DNA of 63,200 nucleotides, counting the filler, from Hyphochytrium catenoides (lineage: Eukaryota; Protista; Hyphochytriomycota), in assembly GCA_900088475.1 (NCBI GenBank). It is 16 parts of 16 records of this genome, joined end to end, with 100 filler letters (N's around TTAATTAATTAA, not from the genome) between each part and the next. Parts side by side here need not be neighbours in the genome. Positions count along the whole stretch, not along the records: positions 47,760 to 52,386 come from FLMG01004020.1; positions 52,487 to 53,618 come from FLMG01004403.1; positions 53,719 to 61,952 come from FLMG01003578.1; 13 more parts are not named here. The stretch is one strand, 5' to 3'. Position numbers and translations under genes: made by a program. Shown one piece after another: positions 49,623-61,521 of the stretch (positions are counted from its first letter, which is position 1; each line of letters opens with the position of its first letter). The notes under the pieces are model-generated. The model searched no databases and was not told where the DNA came from. It was given only the letters and a program-made list of their open reading frames with translations.

Positions 49623-50342
49623 GTGTATGAGGCGGCGATTGATAATCGTGACATCACGGTGGAACAGTTCCTACACGATGGACGATTCCGCATATGGAGA
49701 GAGGAGAAATTCTCAAGTCATGGAGTGAATGTCAATACGTTGCAGAGGTTCACTCTCGCTCCCAAAGTCGACCCCAGCAAGACCAAGATATCATCATGGT
49801 GTAAAATGGCGGGAGCCACAGTCATCTACGCGCCATTATTGCATGGTGGAGACGAGACAAATATTTCTTTCAGAGCTGCCAAGATGGATGAATATCGTGC
49901 CCAGTTATTGGCTCTTGACGAGAAAAATCAGAGTCCTTTGTTGGACAGCGGACGCGTTGGAAGGCATAACGATGTCGACGCTGCTAAGCCACCTTCTGCT
50001 GCAGCTGGAACTGTGTCTCATGAGATACAGAGACTGACAGAGGCAGATGAGAGGAAATCTGTGGAGATAGTATTACTGAAGCAAGAGAATAGGTCACTCA
50101 AGCACGAGATAGTTTTACTGAAGCAAAGTGTTTTGGAGCTGAGATCTTTGGTCGAAAATCTTGTCTTGAAAATGAAGCCATCGCAGAATCTACTGCTAAG
50201 GATTCTGCTTGAGAAGCACCTGTTACGCCTACAGCGTCAGTATGACTCTGAGTGGAATACTTCCAAGACGTTCGGTCCTTCTATGAAGGAATGTCGAAGA
50301 ATCAAGTTGTCGATCGTGAGATCGCAAGGTTCTGTACGGTGA
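49623..50342 (+). CDS. Hypothetical or degenerate ORF with a coiled coil
   Basis: 239-codon frame lacking an N-terminal ATG, with an in-frame stop just upstream. EIVLLKQ is duplicated at 14-residue spacing. Possibly TE-derived. Confidence 0.35.
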   Translation: MYEAAIDNRDITVEQFLHDGRFRIWREEKFSSHGVNVNTLQRFTLAPKVDPSKTKISSWCKMAGATVIYAPLLHGGDETNISFRAAKMDEYRAQLLALDEKNQSPLLDSGRVGRHNDVDAAKPPSAAAGTVSHEIQRLTEADERKSVEIVLLKQENRSLKHEIVLLKQSVLELRSLVENLVLKMKPSQNLLLRILLEKHLLRLQRQYDSEWNTSKTFGPSMKECRRIKLSIVRSQGSVR

Positions 50343-51793
50343 AGTACCGACAGCTATCGATTCCGGCGCATGAAGCGTAAGTTATCTCTGTCTTCATCGA
50401 GTGTCCTGTGTTCTGAGATACTTGTCACATCTGGTCATTCATGGTTGTGTTGGTACATGATCAATGCTGCTCCTTTGCCTCCAGTCCCTCCGATCTCTTT
50501 CGCTCTATTATTTTTATTAAAGTAGTATCTGATGAGTAGTGGCGTGACAAAGTTATCAGTGTCTCTAACGTCGCTGTTGCTTCGCTTCTATCGGATGTAT
50601 AGGTCCAAAGAAGACATCGAGGAGGCAGTCGACGCGACGACAGAGCCTGACCGTGCCAAGTGGCGTCGCCTGTTCGACTTCGTTTTTCAAGAGGATGCGT
50701 GAGATGCTGTACCATCAGTACCTTCCGGCAGTTAGAAGCTTCTCTCCGTCTACTATGTCACACCTTCCCTGTCATTTTTCTTATAACTTATAACTAAGCC
50801 ATCACTTCCATCATGATAAGTAAAGCCATGACCCATTGCCAACTCCCGTTGTCTCTTTCCCACATCAAACGTCTCCTGTTGTCCACCACAACTCAACTCC
50901 GGGATTCCTTTATAATTACATCTTGTCCATCAAGTGAGAATCTAGTCCCACAAGCCTCTCAGTTCAAAAAAGTTACTTCCTCCGTCAACAAGGTCCGTTC
51001 CAGAGGAATGGGACAGAGCGGAGCCCGAAGAAGAAGACTGGCTCCTGATGATGATGATAAGCGATGCAGTGCAGTTAGAACTCCATGGAAAAGGGCAGCA
51101 ATACTTGGTAGTAGTGAGGCGAGGTATCCAGGGCTAGTTAAGTACCGATAACAGGCGAAGTCCTCGCTCCCTCAGACAAAGTTCAAGCCGACCGTAGATT
51201 TCAATACTCTACTAACTGGTGCGTTCTTACGATTCAGGGTGAATTTACGGCTAGTACTGACTGGGTTATAAGTAGTAACAGCGCCGCGAAGGGACAAAAG
51301 GAAAAGGAAGCAGAACAAGTATGGGAAGAGAAACAGCAAGAAGATGCTGCTTTGTTGGCCCCCGCCAATCCTTGATAGCGCTCAGCGCTTCTTCTAGCTG
51401 CTCTATAAATGCCCAACCCAAGGTGGTCATCAGACCTAACCTAGTGAGCAAGGCAAACCTACTACCTATAGTCTCAGAGTCCCCACTTTAAGTTCCTGCA
51501 TTTCAGCAAGGCCCGTGCTCCTGCTCGTTAACTCGGAAGATGCTGCTGTGGAAGTTATGCACTTCGACTCGAAGCTGTGACTGGAACCAGTGTCTGATGA
51601 TCGAAAGGGGATTGTATTTTGTAGTACCGTATGTGGTTATTGGGTGCTGTAGGCACTTGCAGCGTTGTGATAGAGAAGAAGCACCAGGATCGTCGTCTTG
51701 CTGTGGCATCGCGCCAAGGAACTAGACGATCATCTTAGGCGTTGTGCCAACCTCTGCGGTTTGTGAGGGTGGAGACGAGCGCTAGGCCAGATC

Positions 51794-52386
51794 ATGGATG
51801 AAACACTCCTACTACGGGCTGACGATGGCAGCCTGGAGGTTTCGCGTTTAGGCAGCAACTGGCTCTCGAGACGGTTTCAGCGGGGATCTGGTCAGTCCCT
51901 AGCACCTGATTATGCGATCATTGATCTCTCAATCTGCTCTGTCTCTCACTCTCTCTCTCTTTCCCCCCTCTTCCTCTCTGGTTAGCCTCGTTCAATCGGT
52001 CTCCTCCCTCCTCCTCCACTCACTTCTATGCTTGTCGTTGTCTTCTCAGCTCCTTCTCTCCCTCCCATCCGTCCTTCTGCTTTCCCTCTCGACGCCTCGC
52101 CTTTCTATCTCTCCTCACCTACCTTGAGCTTCTACCTCGTCTCGGCCGCGGTTGCAGGCTTTCCATAAGGCTTTCTACCTAACAAACAACCACTCTCCTG
52201 CTGTCTCCTCCACAGAGAAAGGGTCGATGTTTAAACTTACGACCACCATTGTAGGGATCGGAGTCGTGTCCTTGCCTTATGCTATCATCCATGTAACGTC
52301 CGTGTGTAGGTCTCCTCCATGCACGCTACACGGACTCACGGCTTCCTGCTGCCTCGTAGGCAGGTCTTCTGCTGGGCCTCTTCTTG
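51794..52386 (+). CDS. Amino-acid permease (AAAP/SLC38-type Aa_trans), 5' part
   Basis: Exons 51794-51838, 52158-52292, 52360-52386: ...SSTEKGSMFKLTTTIVGIGVVSLPYAIIHAGLLLGLFL. Confidence 0.85.
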
Positions 52387-55300
52387 NNNNNNNNNNNNNN
52401 NNNNNNNNNNNNNNNNNNNNNNNNNNNNNNTTAATTAATTAANNNNNNNNNNNNNNNNNNNNNNNNNNNNNNNNNNNNNNNNNNNNCATAACAGCTTGAT
52501 GCGTCTGAGGACTGGCTTCGACAGATGCTTTGCTTCTGCTGTCCACTGGACCTTCTTCATGACGGGAACGAGGGACCGAGGAAACGCCTTCCTCAGTACT
52601 TCCAATAGAGTGCTCCGACCGCAATGACATATATAGGAGCCTTTCTGCCCCATCGCCTGTATGAAAGAATAAGCATTCCCTCCCAACCTTGCTTTCCCAA
52701 AGCTCATTACAAAGAGTTACCTTCGACTGGCTCTATGTCTCTAGATCCGGCGATATCTCCTGAAGTCGCTCTCATGTCGCCGACCTCATGTCACCTCCGG
52801 CGCTAGATAGCAAGCCTTGAGTCACAATCTTCTGTTATGGAAAACTAAGACGGGAAGCTCTCACTCTCTAATCAAAAAACTCCTTCACAGAGGGCGAGAA
52901 GCGCCGACCTGCGTCGGCCTTGCCTCTTCTGGCCTCCTACTATTGGGCTGCTTTCATTGGCCGGACATCCAAGAAGCATGTAGCTCTCTCGGTCCACCTT
53001 CCTTGCGCAGCAGGTTCTCGAGTCCCTGATGACACTCGAAGCTGCAAAGCAGTTGAAGCTCCACAACCAAAAGAAAGCAAGAAATTGAGAAAAGTGAAAG
53101 AAGGAGAGTCAATGCCAGGTCCATGTGAAGCATCTCTCTAAATGGGCCGGTAATCAGAACAAGGCAGCTGACTCGTTTCGTGGTCCTTGTGATAGGGTTT
53201 CAGATTCTCTTTGAGAAAGAAAAGTTATTGAGAGCTTTTTATTGAGAGCTTGCGGTCTCTCTCTCTCTCTCTCTCTCTCTTTCTGCCCGCTTCTGAAGAC
53301 GGACGATGCTGAACCTATGGCAAGGTTCCTGGCCTGGTGCTCTCTCTCGAGCGTCCAGCAGTGTCTGACAGGAGGAGCTATTTGTCAGCTATCGCTTCTC
53401 GCTTGTTGCCAATGCGAAGGATGAGAAGTCTCTCCTTTTGCCGGTTACCTGAGTGCAAGCGGCGGGCTATGTTATATGCCATCTGTCTTGATAGGCTGGC
53501 GCTAGTTCCAGGAAGGATCTTCTGCGGCGGAATGCAGAAGGTTCAGCGCCGGCAGGTGAAGGCAAGGACAGCGTAGGAGAATTATAGGAGAAGTATGAGG
53601 AAGACAATGCCAGCACGGNNNNNNNNNNNNNNNNNNNNNNNNNNNNNNNNNNNNNNNNNNNNTTAATTAATTAANNNNNNNNNNNNNNNNNNNNNNNNNN
53701 NNNNNNNNNNNNNNNNNNTACAATGCGTCGCGACTACGTCTGTCAAAGTCTCATGGAGCAAGGGGGAGAGAGAGGCGGAGGTGGGGCAGCTGGAGGAGCA
53801 GGAGGAAGAGTTGAAGTGAAGGAGCTCCTTAGAGAAGTCCTTCCTGTCCCCCGTCTTTCTGTCTCCGGCCGCCCGGTTTCTCCTCCACACCAAATCGAAC
53901 ATGTCCGCCCGCTCCTGACGCTGCGCTACTCTCTCCCGTCCGTTACACCGAGCACGGCTCAGCCGTTATTTCCTTTCCCCACACAAAAAGACAGATTTCG
54001 ACTCCTGGAGGTGCTCTGAAGATTCAGTAACAAGCAAATAAGATGGTTTCTTTTATGGGAGGACGGGCCTGAGTACGAGTAGTACTTCGTAACACGACAG
54101 CCTCCTTTCATGCTTCTCATGTCCTTCTTCTCTCTCTTCTTCTGTTGCCTGCTGCTTCTGCTTGAGAGGAGTGAACACTCTCAAATTGCTAATAGATGAT
54201 GGCGGTATGGGCTAGCACGTAGACCCAGCAGCAGTATTAGGAGTAAGGACCATAGAGAGCAACTGGAGCAGGCAGTAGTGTTGTCGTCGCGATCATGCAT
54301 CCCTGTCAGCTGCAAGTGTGGAATGTTCTCAAACTGTAGGATAAAGAAGGCAGCAGGGCTGCTGACGCCTTTCTTTCTACAGCTGATGCAAGAAGGTATT
54401 ATAGGAGGGACAAAGTTAGATAAATAGCGGAGGAAGAAGTGACGCTGACAACAACGAGAGTTCGGAGGAGAAGAGTGAGCAACGAAGTCAGAGCTCATGA
54501 GTAGAAATTGCGCACGTTGAATAACGCTCCATACCAGGACTGATGTGTGGCGGAGGGACGGCCGCTTACCGGCAGCGGCAGCGGCGGACAAGGGAAATGC
54601 TTGTATTTACTCTGTGCTTACCATCCAGAAGAGCGTGAAGCATTTTCCGACAGTGCTGGTTCCAACTCTGACGGCGTTCTCATCATTTTGAATCCACTTG
54701 TTGCACCGGTTGGAGGAGGAAGTTATTATAAAGAAGACCGATCAATCATCTTACAAGAAAGGACGTAGTAAGCTTCCGGGTAGTGGGTTGCGACAATAGC
54801 GCAAAACGTGTAATGATAACTGACTTTTTTATTATAGCTGAAGTATCAGCTACTAGGTGAATGATAGGCTGATAGTTAGCACACCCGTTCAATGATCCTT
54901 TCGATGATGACCGGAAGCATCCGGTAACTTCGCTAGGCTCTGTTTACTTGCGTTAATTGCTGTACTACCACCAAGATTGACGATAAAATGAAGTCATTCA
55001 CTGTCTCTTGGCCGCCCTTTGCCAATTGGGGCCACCATCTGCCAGGCCTCAAAATACTGGATGAGCAAATGCTCCCTCACTCCAAAGTTTTATGCATATG
55101 ATGATTAGGTGTGTCTTCCTTCTATTCCTGGCTTCAAAGGATGATGGCACTCCAAACGCCCCCACCAGCCCACGTCGCCGCAACCGCAGTTGATAATGTT
55201 CTATGACTATCTGTAAGGAAAGTATTCTGAGACGAGGTGACCTGGGAAGAATGTTGTATAAATGGAATCAGCAAAAACCAAGTGTAAGGACCACTTGCTC

Positions 55301-55859
55301 ATCAGCTAGCTCCTTACGAGAGAGAGAGAGGCTTTCAGCAACGACCCACTTGCAATCGGTAAGAACAAGCTTGTACTACACAGACTTCGAAATCAGCGCC
55401 TGGAAAGCAGAGGCCTCTTTTACCATTCAGCAGATCCTGCTCCTCCACCATACCCGACGGACAGGACTGACGACTGATCAATAAAATAGCTTTCTATTGA
55501 GGAAAATGGCCTTTTCCTGTCGTGCTAGGGGGTCAGAGACGAAGCATTCAAACATTTCAACCCACCACCTCGAGAACTGTCAGCAGAAGAAGACGACATC
55601 AGCAGCGGCCGCCGCCAAGGAGGAGAAGGTAGAACGAAGAAGAAGGCCTGTTCAGCAGCAGAGCCTCACTGCCTGCCTCATCAGCACATCATTCCCTGAT
55701 TCTGCTATCGAGTGCGTCCAAAGTCCTTTCGAGACGAGGGACGGATGACTGAGAAGAGAGTGTGGTCGGAGGTCGGAGGAGCTGTCGGAGGCGGCGGGCT
55801 GGGAGAGGACAGAAGATGCGAATCCCGCCTTTTGGTCAAGGGAAAAGATGGCCGACAGT

Positions 55860-55990
55860 CCTTTCTTCGGTTAGGAAGGACATCAGCGCCGTAGTAATGC
55901 CCTGTAGTCACGGCATATCCCTTACCAGAGACCTACACTCTATAATAATAGTCCTGTGCACAAGGGCCAAAGCTTGTCCTGTCTGTTCTC
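55860..55990 (+). pseudogene. Degenerate RING-HC finger remnant
   Basis: RKDISAVVMPCSH....KACPVC retains PCxH and CPxC, but the other Cys pairs are missing. Confidence 0.35.
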
Positions 55991-56690
55991 CTCTTTCTGC
56001 CCTGGTCAGCCTCCCACCCTCCTCACCCCTCACCTTCTCCTCCTGGACATGCTCATTCAAGCCCACCCAGCCCATTCTTGTTGTACACAGTCCGGCCCGC
56101 TCTCCGCCCACCCGACCCCCGTATAACGCTTATGCTAGGACTACAAATGGCCCTACCCGTCTATCCTGACCTCGTCGCAAAGCTCATTTACCCTTATCTT
56201 CATAGTGTACAAACCTCAGGTCGCTTTATCTGAATATATCCCCAACATTAACATCAAAGTGAACCCACGCCGGGTGTCCTAAAATCGTCGTCCCGGCAGT
56301 CAGAAGCTTGGTGTTGGCTGTATGCACCACAAAGGAAATGGAGGAAGAGGGAGGGAGGAGGGAAGGGAGGATACCAGCACCAGGCAGAGCTTTCCTTCCA
56401 GAAGAGAGAGGAGTGAGAGGGATCACTGCTCCCATCAGTGAGCCGCTTTGGTGTTCTGTAGCACTGAGCGCAGAGGAGGAGACAGGACGGGGGAAGATGC
56501 GACGCTGGAAGAGAAGAAAAAAATTGTCTGAAGCTCTACCATCATCACCGCAGCCCCATGACGCCGTCCAGTTGATTTTCTACTGCGTCCTGATAAGCCG
56601 CAGACTTGACCTGAACTTTCACTTCCTCCTGGCCTATTAAATATTCCAATCCCTCACCACGCGCCTGCTTGTCAGAGCAACGGCAGCATC

Positions 56691-59597
56691 ATGATGAACT
56701 ACTTCTTCGGACGCAGGCGTCGGACCACTTTCGTAGAGGGGCTAGTGGCCGACAACGTCCGGAACAACCAGCTGAATCTGGACGAAACGGGTCTTACAGA
56801 TGACGGTGCAATCGAGTTAGCTCTACTCTTGGAGCGGGAGGTGGAGACCCTGGAGCAGCTGAGCCTCATGCAGAACAAAATTGGGGATAGAGGAGCAGCA
56901 CGGCTGGCTCAGGCTCTTAAAAAGATGAAGAAGCTCCACACAGTACATCTGGATGGAAACCTCATTGGCAAGGATGGGATACACGCCGTGCAGGCACTGG
57001 CAGACGCCTTTTGCTCTATGAAGCAGCTAAGGAACGTCGGGCTGAGCTTCAATCGAATCAACAAGGACGGCATTAAAGCCCTAGCCCCCGTGCTCTGGGT
57101 CAGTAAAACTTTGGAGAGAATCGAACTCGGGAAAAATCTCGACGCGCCACTTGGTGCTCACATTCTGGCTTCGGAGGCCTTGAGAAAGTGTGAATCTCTG
57201 CGTGAGATCTTATATACAGATCACGAGTTTGAGAATCTTCCAGAATATTCTAAAGTGTCGCTGGAGGTGAGCCTGCGGAAGTCTTTGAACAGCAATTGCA
57301 AAGTGAAGACCCACTTCATTGATTTGCGGCGGGGTGAGATCAGGATTATATACAAGACGAACGCGGACTTGGAAAATGAGAAGCTGCTGGCTGACATCCA
57401 AGTGAAGAAAGTTGAGACCACAATCTGGAACAACGAGATGGAGCGAGGTGATGTTCGGTACCGTCTGGACAATCTTATTAAACAGCTACACACGCGGCTC
57501 AGTGTGGAGGAGGAGCCAGAAGAAGAGGATCAAGACAACTACGTTTACTACACAGACCGTCCAATAAAGAAGGCCCAGAATGGAATGGAGAACAGCATCG
57601 CTGCTGGCTATGGCTCTCAATACAGCCACGTGGTCTCCAAATACTGTCCCAGAGAATCTGAAGAGAGTCGCAGGCACTCCATTTTATCTACGGATAGTAC
57701 GGCCACCAACACAACGGCTGCCTCAGAAGGACTTCGCGACAGTGGAGATAGCGCGCAATGTCGCGAGGAGGAGATAGATGAAGAGCTTTACGATGAAAAT
57801 GATAACTCTCCACTTCCGGGGGACAATTTTGACGCTGTCTTTGAGGCTGAACAGCAGGCTTTAAGGCGTGCAATAGATGGTAAGGGAGTCAGCGTCGAAC
57901 TATACAGTGGACCGCTCATAACTGCTGACTAACCGGTATTTCATCAATCTGCAGGGACAGAACGCATCAAAATTGATAACGAGGAGTACGCTGTCCTTGG
58001 AGACTGCGGGCCTTACAGCTGTGTTTTCCGTATTTCGAAGATCAATGGTACGGCGGCCTCAACATGCGCTATCAAGCTCTTTCCTCGAGACTATAAGGGT
58101 CTCGCGAACTATGAGTGCACTTGCCTGCGAGTTTTAAAGAATGACTACGTGGTAAAACTCGTCCGCCGGACTGTGCAGAGGGTGGAGATCAACCAGAATG
58201 TCTGGTGCTGGGGTATCTTGTTGCAGGAAGGGAACCAGAACCTCCTCACTTTAACTGAGCAGGTTCAACAACGGCCGGGTACCAATCCTGATCTCCGCGA
58301 TGAGGCGTTCAGAAAGTTCTTTAGTGATGCTATGAGGCCCGTGCTTCTCGCCCTCCAGCACATCGTCTCCAAGAACTACATCTATGCCAACCTCAAACTT
58401 GAGCACGTGGTGGCCATTGACCAGGGTATTCTTTCATATTTCGCCATGGTTGATATGGGTATGTGCACCAAATATGAAGAGCAGCTTGTCAAGCCTCCGC
58501 ACCCTGAGTACTGCCCCCCAGAGATGGCGAGGTATCTTTGTAACCCTGAAGCTCATGATCCACCGAAGGCAGTTCCGAGCTTTGACGTCTGGACAGTTGG
58601 CGTTTTCATGCTTAAGCTGGTGGCGGGGGAGCGCTGTCTTTTGGAGTTTCAGGGTAGAACTCCCCGTCAGATCATTCGCAAAATAGCCTGCGCAAATTTC
58701 AGCTTCGAGGATAGCATTGAGGCGTATGTGAAGTATGAAGCAATGAAGCGACTGATAAAGATGTGTCTCCGACGCCAAACAGCCGACCGACCAAGCGTTG
58801 CAGATCTGCTCTCTGATCCGCTCATTGGCCATGCCCTGCCCACTGCACTCATCGACCGCTTGGATCTTGAACGGGTCATAGTTGAGAAGCACTATGAGAC
58901 GCAGACAGTGGTCATGCAGCAGAAAGTTGCCCAACTCCCGAGTCTCTTTTTAATCCTTCCAGTAGTGAAGGCCAACGAAGGGAAGGTGGCTCGGAAGATG
59001 CGAGAGCTCTTGAAGGACGAATGTGAGCTGAAGTTCGTCTGCGAAGCCTTCAATCGGAACCACATTGCGTGTTCCAGCCCTGATCCGTCCTCCGCCCTGA
59101 TCCTGAAGAAGCCAGGGGAGGTCTTTGCTAGACTAGCTCCCGTTATAATGGGAACCTGCACGTTGCTGAAGATTGTCGGCCTTATTGCGCTCGTTCCCGG
59201 GGCTCCTTTAGGAGGGCTGCTATTTCTCAGGACAATCAGTGACTTAGATCTGTACGTGGAAGCAGTTCTGGCCAACAGACTTGATGTCAGGACCAAAGAA
59301 CAGATGAAAGAGCTCATCCAACGAGCCCAGGAATTCCAGTCAGCTTCTGGCGGGGAGTCTGTAAGGGAGGCCATGGCGAAGCTCCGAACTGCTTGCATGA
59401 CCCCTGAAGCACGTCAGACTCTGCTTCAGGCTCTCAAGTCCGCGAACGATAACCTCGATTGGGAAAGTCAGTATATCATAGGTGGCCTGAGGAAGGTACA
59501 GCTTCGCCAGAACCGCAGAGAAGAAGCTGGTGGTCTGTTCGAGCACTGGGTCTGCGCGCAGCACGCCCGGGACCCTACCTGGTACATCCAGCCCTAA
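56691..59597 (+). CDS. RNI-like LRR + protein pseudokinase + Roco/TORNADO1-type C-terminal domain, 943 aa
   Basis: Exons 56691-57879 and 57955-59597, joined by a 75-nt intron (GTAAG...CTGACTAAC...CAG). LRRs such as LEQLSLMQNKIGDRGAARLAQAL. Kinase fold CAIK, YANLKLEH, DMG, YCPPE, DVWTVG. Tail LPSLFLILP..FVCE..H..LAP..GGLRKV..HWVCAQH. Confidence 0.9.
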
Positions 59598-61459
59598 GCT
59601 ATTGCGGCGCGAAGCACACTTCCTCTAATATTTCAATTTTTTATAAAGTATGTTTCGTCCTTGGTTACTCTCTTGATAATAGACAAATGCAAACTACATT
59701 ATTACTGGCTTCCTACCTCTACCTCTCTACCAGACTTCCACATAAAGCTTAGCACTTCGGGCGATAATCATGCAATCATCCCCACGCTGAGGAGATATTC
59801 CTCCATCGGCACTACTGATGAGCCTTTATGATGGCCATGCCTCCTTCAAGACTGTCTTTACCGGCAAGGCTTGAACTGCTGCCTGCGTTGGCACTAACAA
59901 AGTCTCCTGCCACCTTCTCGGGCAATCGAGCAAGAAGAATTATCGTCTCCTGGGCTTCTCTAACCAACATCTTTCTGGATAGGCACCATCAATGAGTTGA
60001 AGATGTAGCTGAGTTCCTTACCCAAGATGGCACCACTCATGGATACCCATAGTGGGAGACAAAGATCAGCCTCGTTAGGTCTAGACGACATTCGTTTTGT
60101 GGGAATTCAGAGTGAATAGAGACTCCTTCTATTATCAAGCAGAAGTTCTTATGTAAGGCTCTTCCAACGATCAAGAGGCCGATAGGATGAAAGTAAAAAA
60201 GTGATGATGATGATTGGACCTCCCGTCACGAATGAACCCTCCCTGCTATTCTCACTGCGCCGCCACACGAATCAAGGGGTTAGCTGTTCCTTCTACTCTA
60301 GTATCCCTTACAAGCGCGCCCGAGTATCCGTTACAAACGCGCCCCTCCTTCAGCTCAAAAATGTGCAGTGGGTTTGAGGGCGATTAGGGTTCTGAGGGTA
60401 GTGTTGCTTGGGGGGCATTGGAGGTAGAAGGAAATCACTTTTCGTTAGTTGTTGTGTGATCATGATAGAAGAGCCGCAGCGGCGAGGAAAACTCCTTGGG
60501 GTGAGATGGGCTTTACTTTACACTTCAGCAAGGTGAAAGAACCAGACCAGATGCTCCTGTCGCAGGATTTTACTTGGCTTGGAAAGCTCTTGGATGACGA
60601 CTAGTTGTCCTCGTATTCGTTATCCCATCCTTGTTCTGGCGCGCCCGTCTATTATTATTCTTTCATTATGCGATGACTGGGTTACTTGCGGCTTTTATCA
60701 GGCTTTCTTGTGTGCCTAATTTATATGTTAAGGACTTGTCGGCCTTCTATCCACAGTTTTCCCCTTTCGACAGCAGAACGGGGGCCAGCCTTTGTTTGGG
60801 CTTCCTCTGTTGGCTCTATTCCTGGTGATGATGGTATTATGCTGTCTTCTATGTTTTTATGTGATACCGTTCACTGTTTTCTGTGTTGCGCCACCACATC
60901 CCGAAGTTTCCTTGAAGTGCTTCATATTCATGAAGGTAGATGCTCTTCAAAGAAACTTCCAGGTGTGCTACTGCGCGGATAGTCGGTGATCGGATTATTT
61001 GTGAATATTCTCATTATAGCATTGAAATGAATGGCCTCGTCTATTATATGGGCTTTGTATACAAGTTGACAGTGTGCGCGGTGAGTAACGGAGTGACTTT
61101 AGGGAAGGGAAATGCATCCCTACTCTCATATAAACTGTTACTTAGCACAGTTGATAGTACAAGGCTTCAGCTCTCAACAATGCGTTCATTTGTCATCTCA
61201 ATCACTTTGCTTGTTGCCAGAATCAGTTTGGATAGCATATTTTGTTGACGTTTCTTATCTTTCAAGCTCGCTCACTTAGTGTGCTACTTGTCTTTGTGTC
61301 ATAGACTACTCCTGCTTGAGGGGTCGGCCGACAAGGACGGTTTCTAGTGTTGAGTAAATTTGACGGCACACTGGGTCAGCAGTTCCGTGCGCCAGTTTCC
61401 CTAAAATTAATCTACTCTCGCTAGTGGCGGTTGCTTTTAGTTGGTATCAATAGCTTTAG

Positions 61460-61521
61460 GCTTCGTTCGCCTAGGGCTCGCCCGACGTTACTAGTGCGTA
61501 ATCCAGCCTTCGGCTGCATTA
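61460..61521 (+). mobile_element. Helitron-like terminus: GC hairpin, CTAG and a second hairpin
   Basis: GGGCTCGCCC, then CTAG|T, then AATCCAGCCTTCGGCTGCATT. Homologous to the reverse complement of 46082-46125. Confidence 0.45.

Noticed and set aside
56691-59597. Two separate genes (413 aa and 482 aa)
   Set aside because: A canonical 75-nt intron joins them in frame and restores the kinase N-lobe.
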